Shown here one piece after another: positions 63,814 through 64,000 of a DNA stretch of 64,000 nucleotides. Below the pieces are notes generated by a model. It did not search any database and was not told the origin of the DNA. It was given only the letters and a program-made list of their open reading frames with translations. Each line of letters starts with the position of its first letter. The stretch's first letter is position 1. Source of the DNA: Neovahlkampfia damariscottae (lineage: Eukaryota); the NCBI GenBank assembly GCA_016618085.1, contig JABLTG010000042.1, positions 1 through 64,000 on the forward strand, read 5' to 3'. The position numbers and the translations under genes were made by a program.

Positions 63814-64000
63814 ATCTTCTATTTATTCATTTTTTTTTAAAAAAATAAAATAAAAAAAAATAACGGTCAAATTAAATTTTTAACATTGTAGAGAGAATAA
63901 ATGATAATATCACTTTTAAAATTGAATGAATGAAAAAAAAAAGAGTACATCAACACAAACCAATCAAAACAATCCTAATAATTCATTGGTCAATTCTCTA

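Overview
Left end of a chromosome from a very AT-rich, gene-dense unicellular eukaryote using the standard genetic code. The gene content is consistent with a free-living amoeba such as a heterolobosean, which is an inference. The window opens with a (CCCAAA)n telomere (TTTGGG on the G-strand). A ~3 kb subtelomere follows, holding tRNA-Phe and decayed pogo-DDE and retroelement RNase H remnants. About 45 tightly packed genes come next, with ~26-45 nt GT-AG introns, CCAAT boxes close to start codons, and stop codons often embedded in AATAAA. Highlights: (1) a 1,130-bp non-autonomous hAT-type transposon (17-bp TIRs, 8-bp TSD) carrying a DUF616 glycosyltransferase-like cargo gene instead of a transposase; (2) pervasive back-to-back tiny introns flanking 0-, 2-, 5-, 6-, 7-, 7-, 9- and 10-nt exons, several required for the reading frame; (3) an apparent GA-AG intron; (4) a ~250-nt structured ncRNA candidate with a closing stem, C/D boxes and a short telomere-complementary stretch; (5) an orphan C-terminal fragment of isoaspartyl dipeptidase. 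Gene models were spliced by eye and coordinates span introns.
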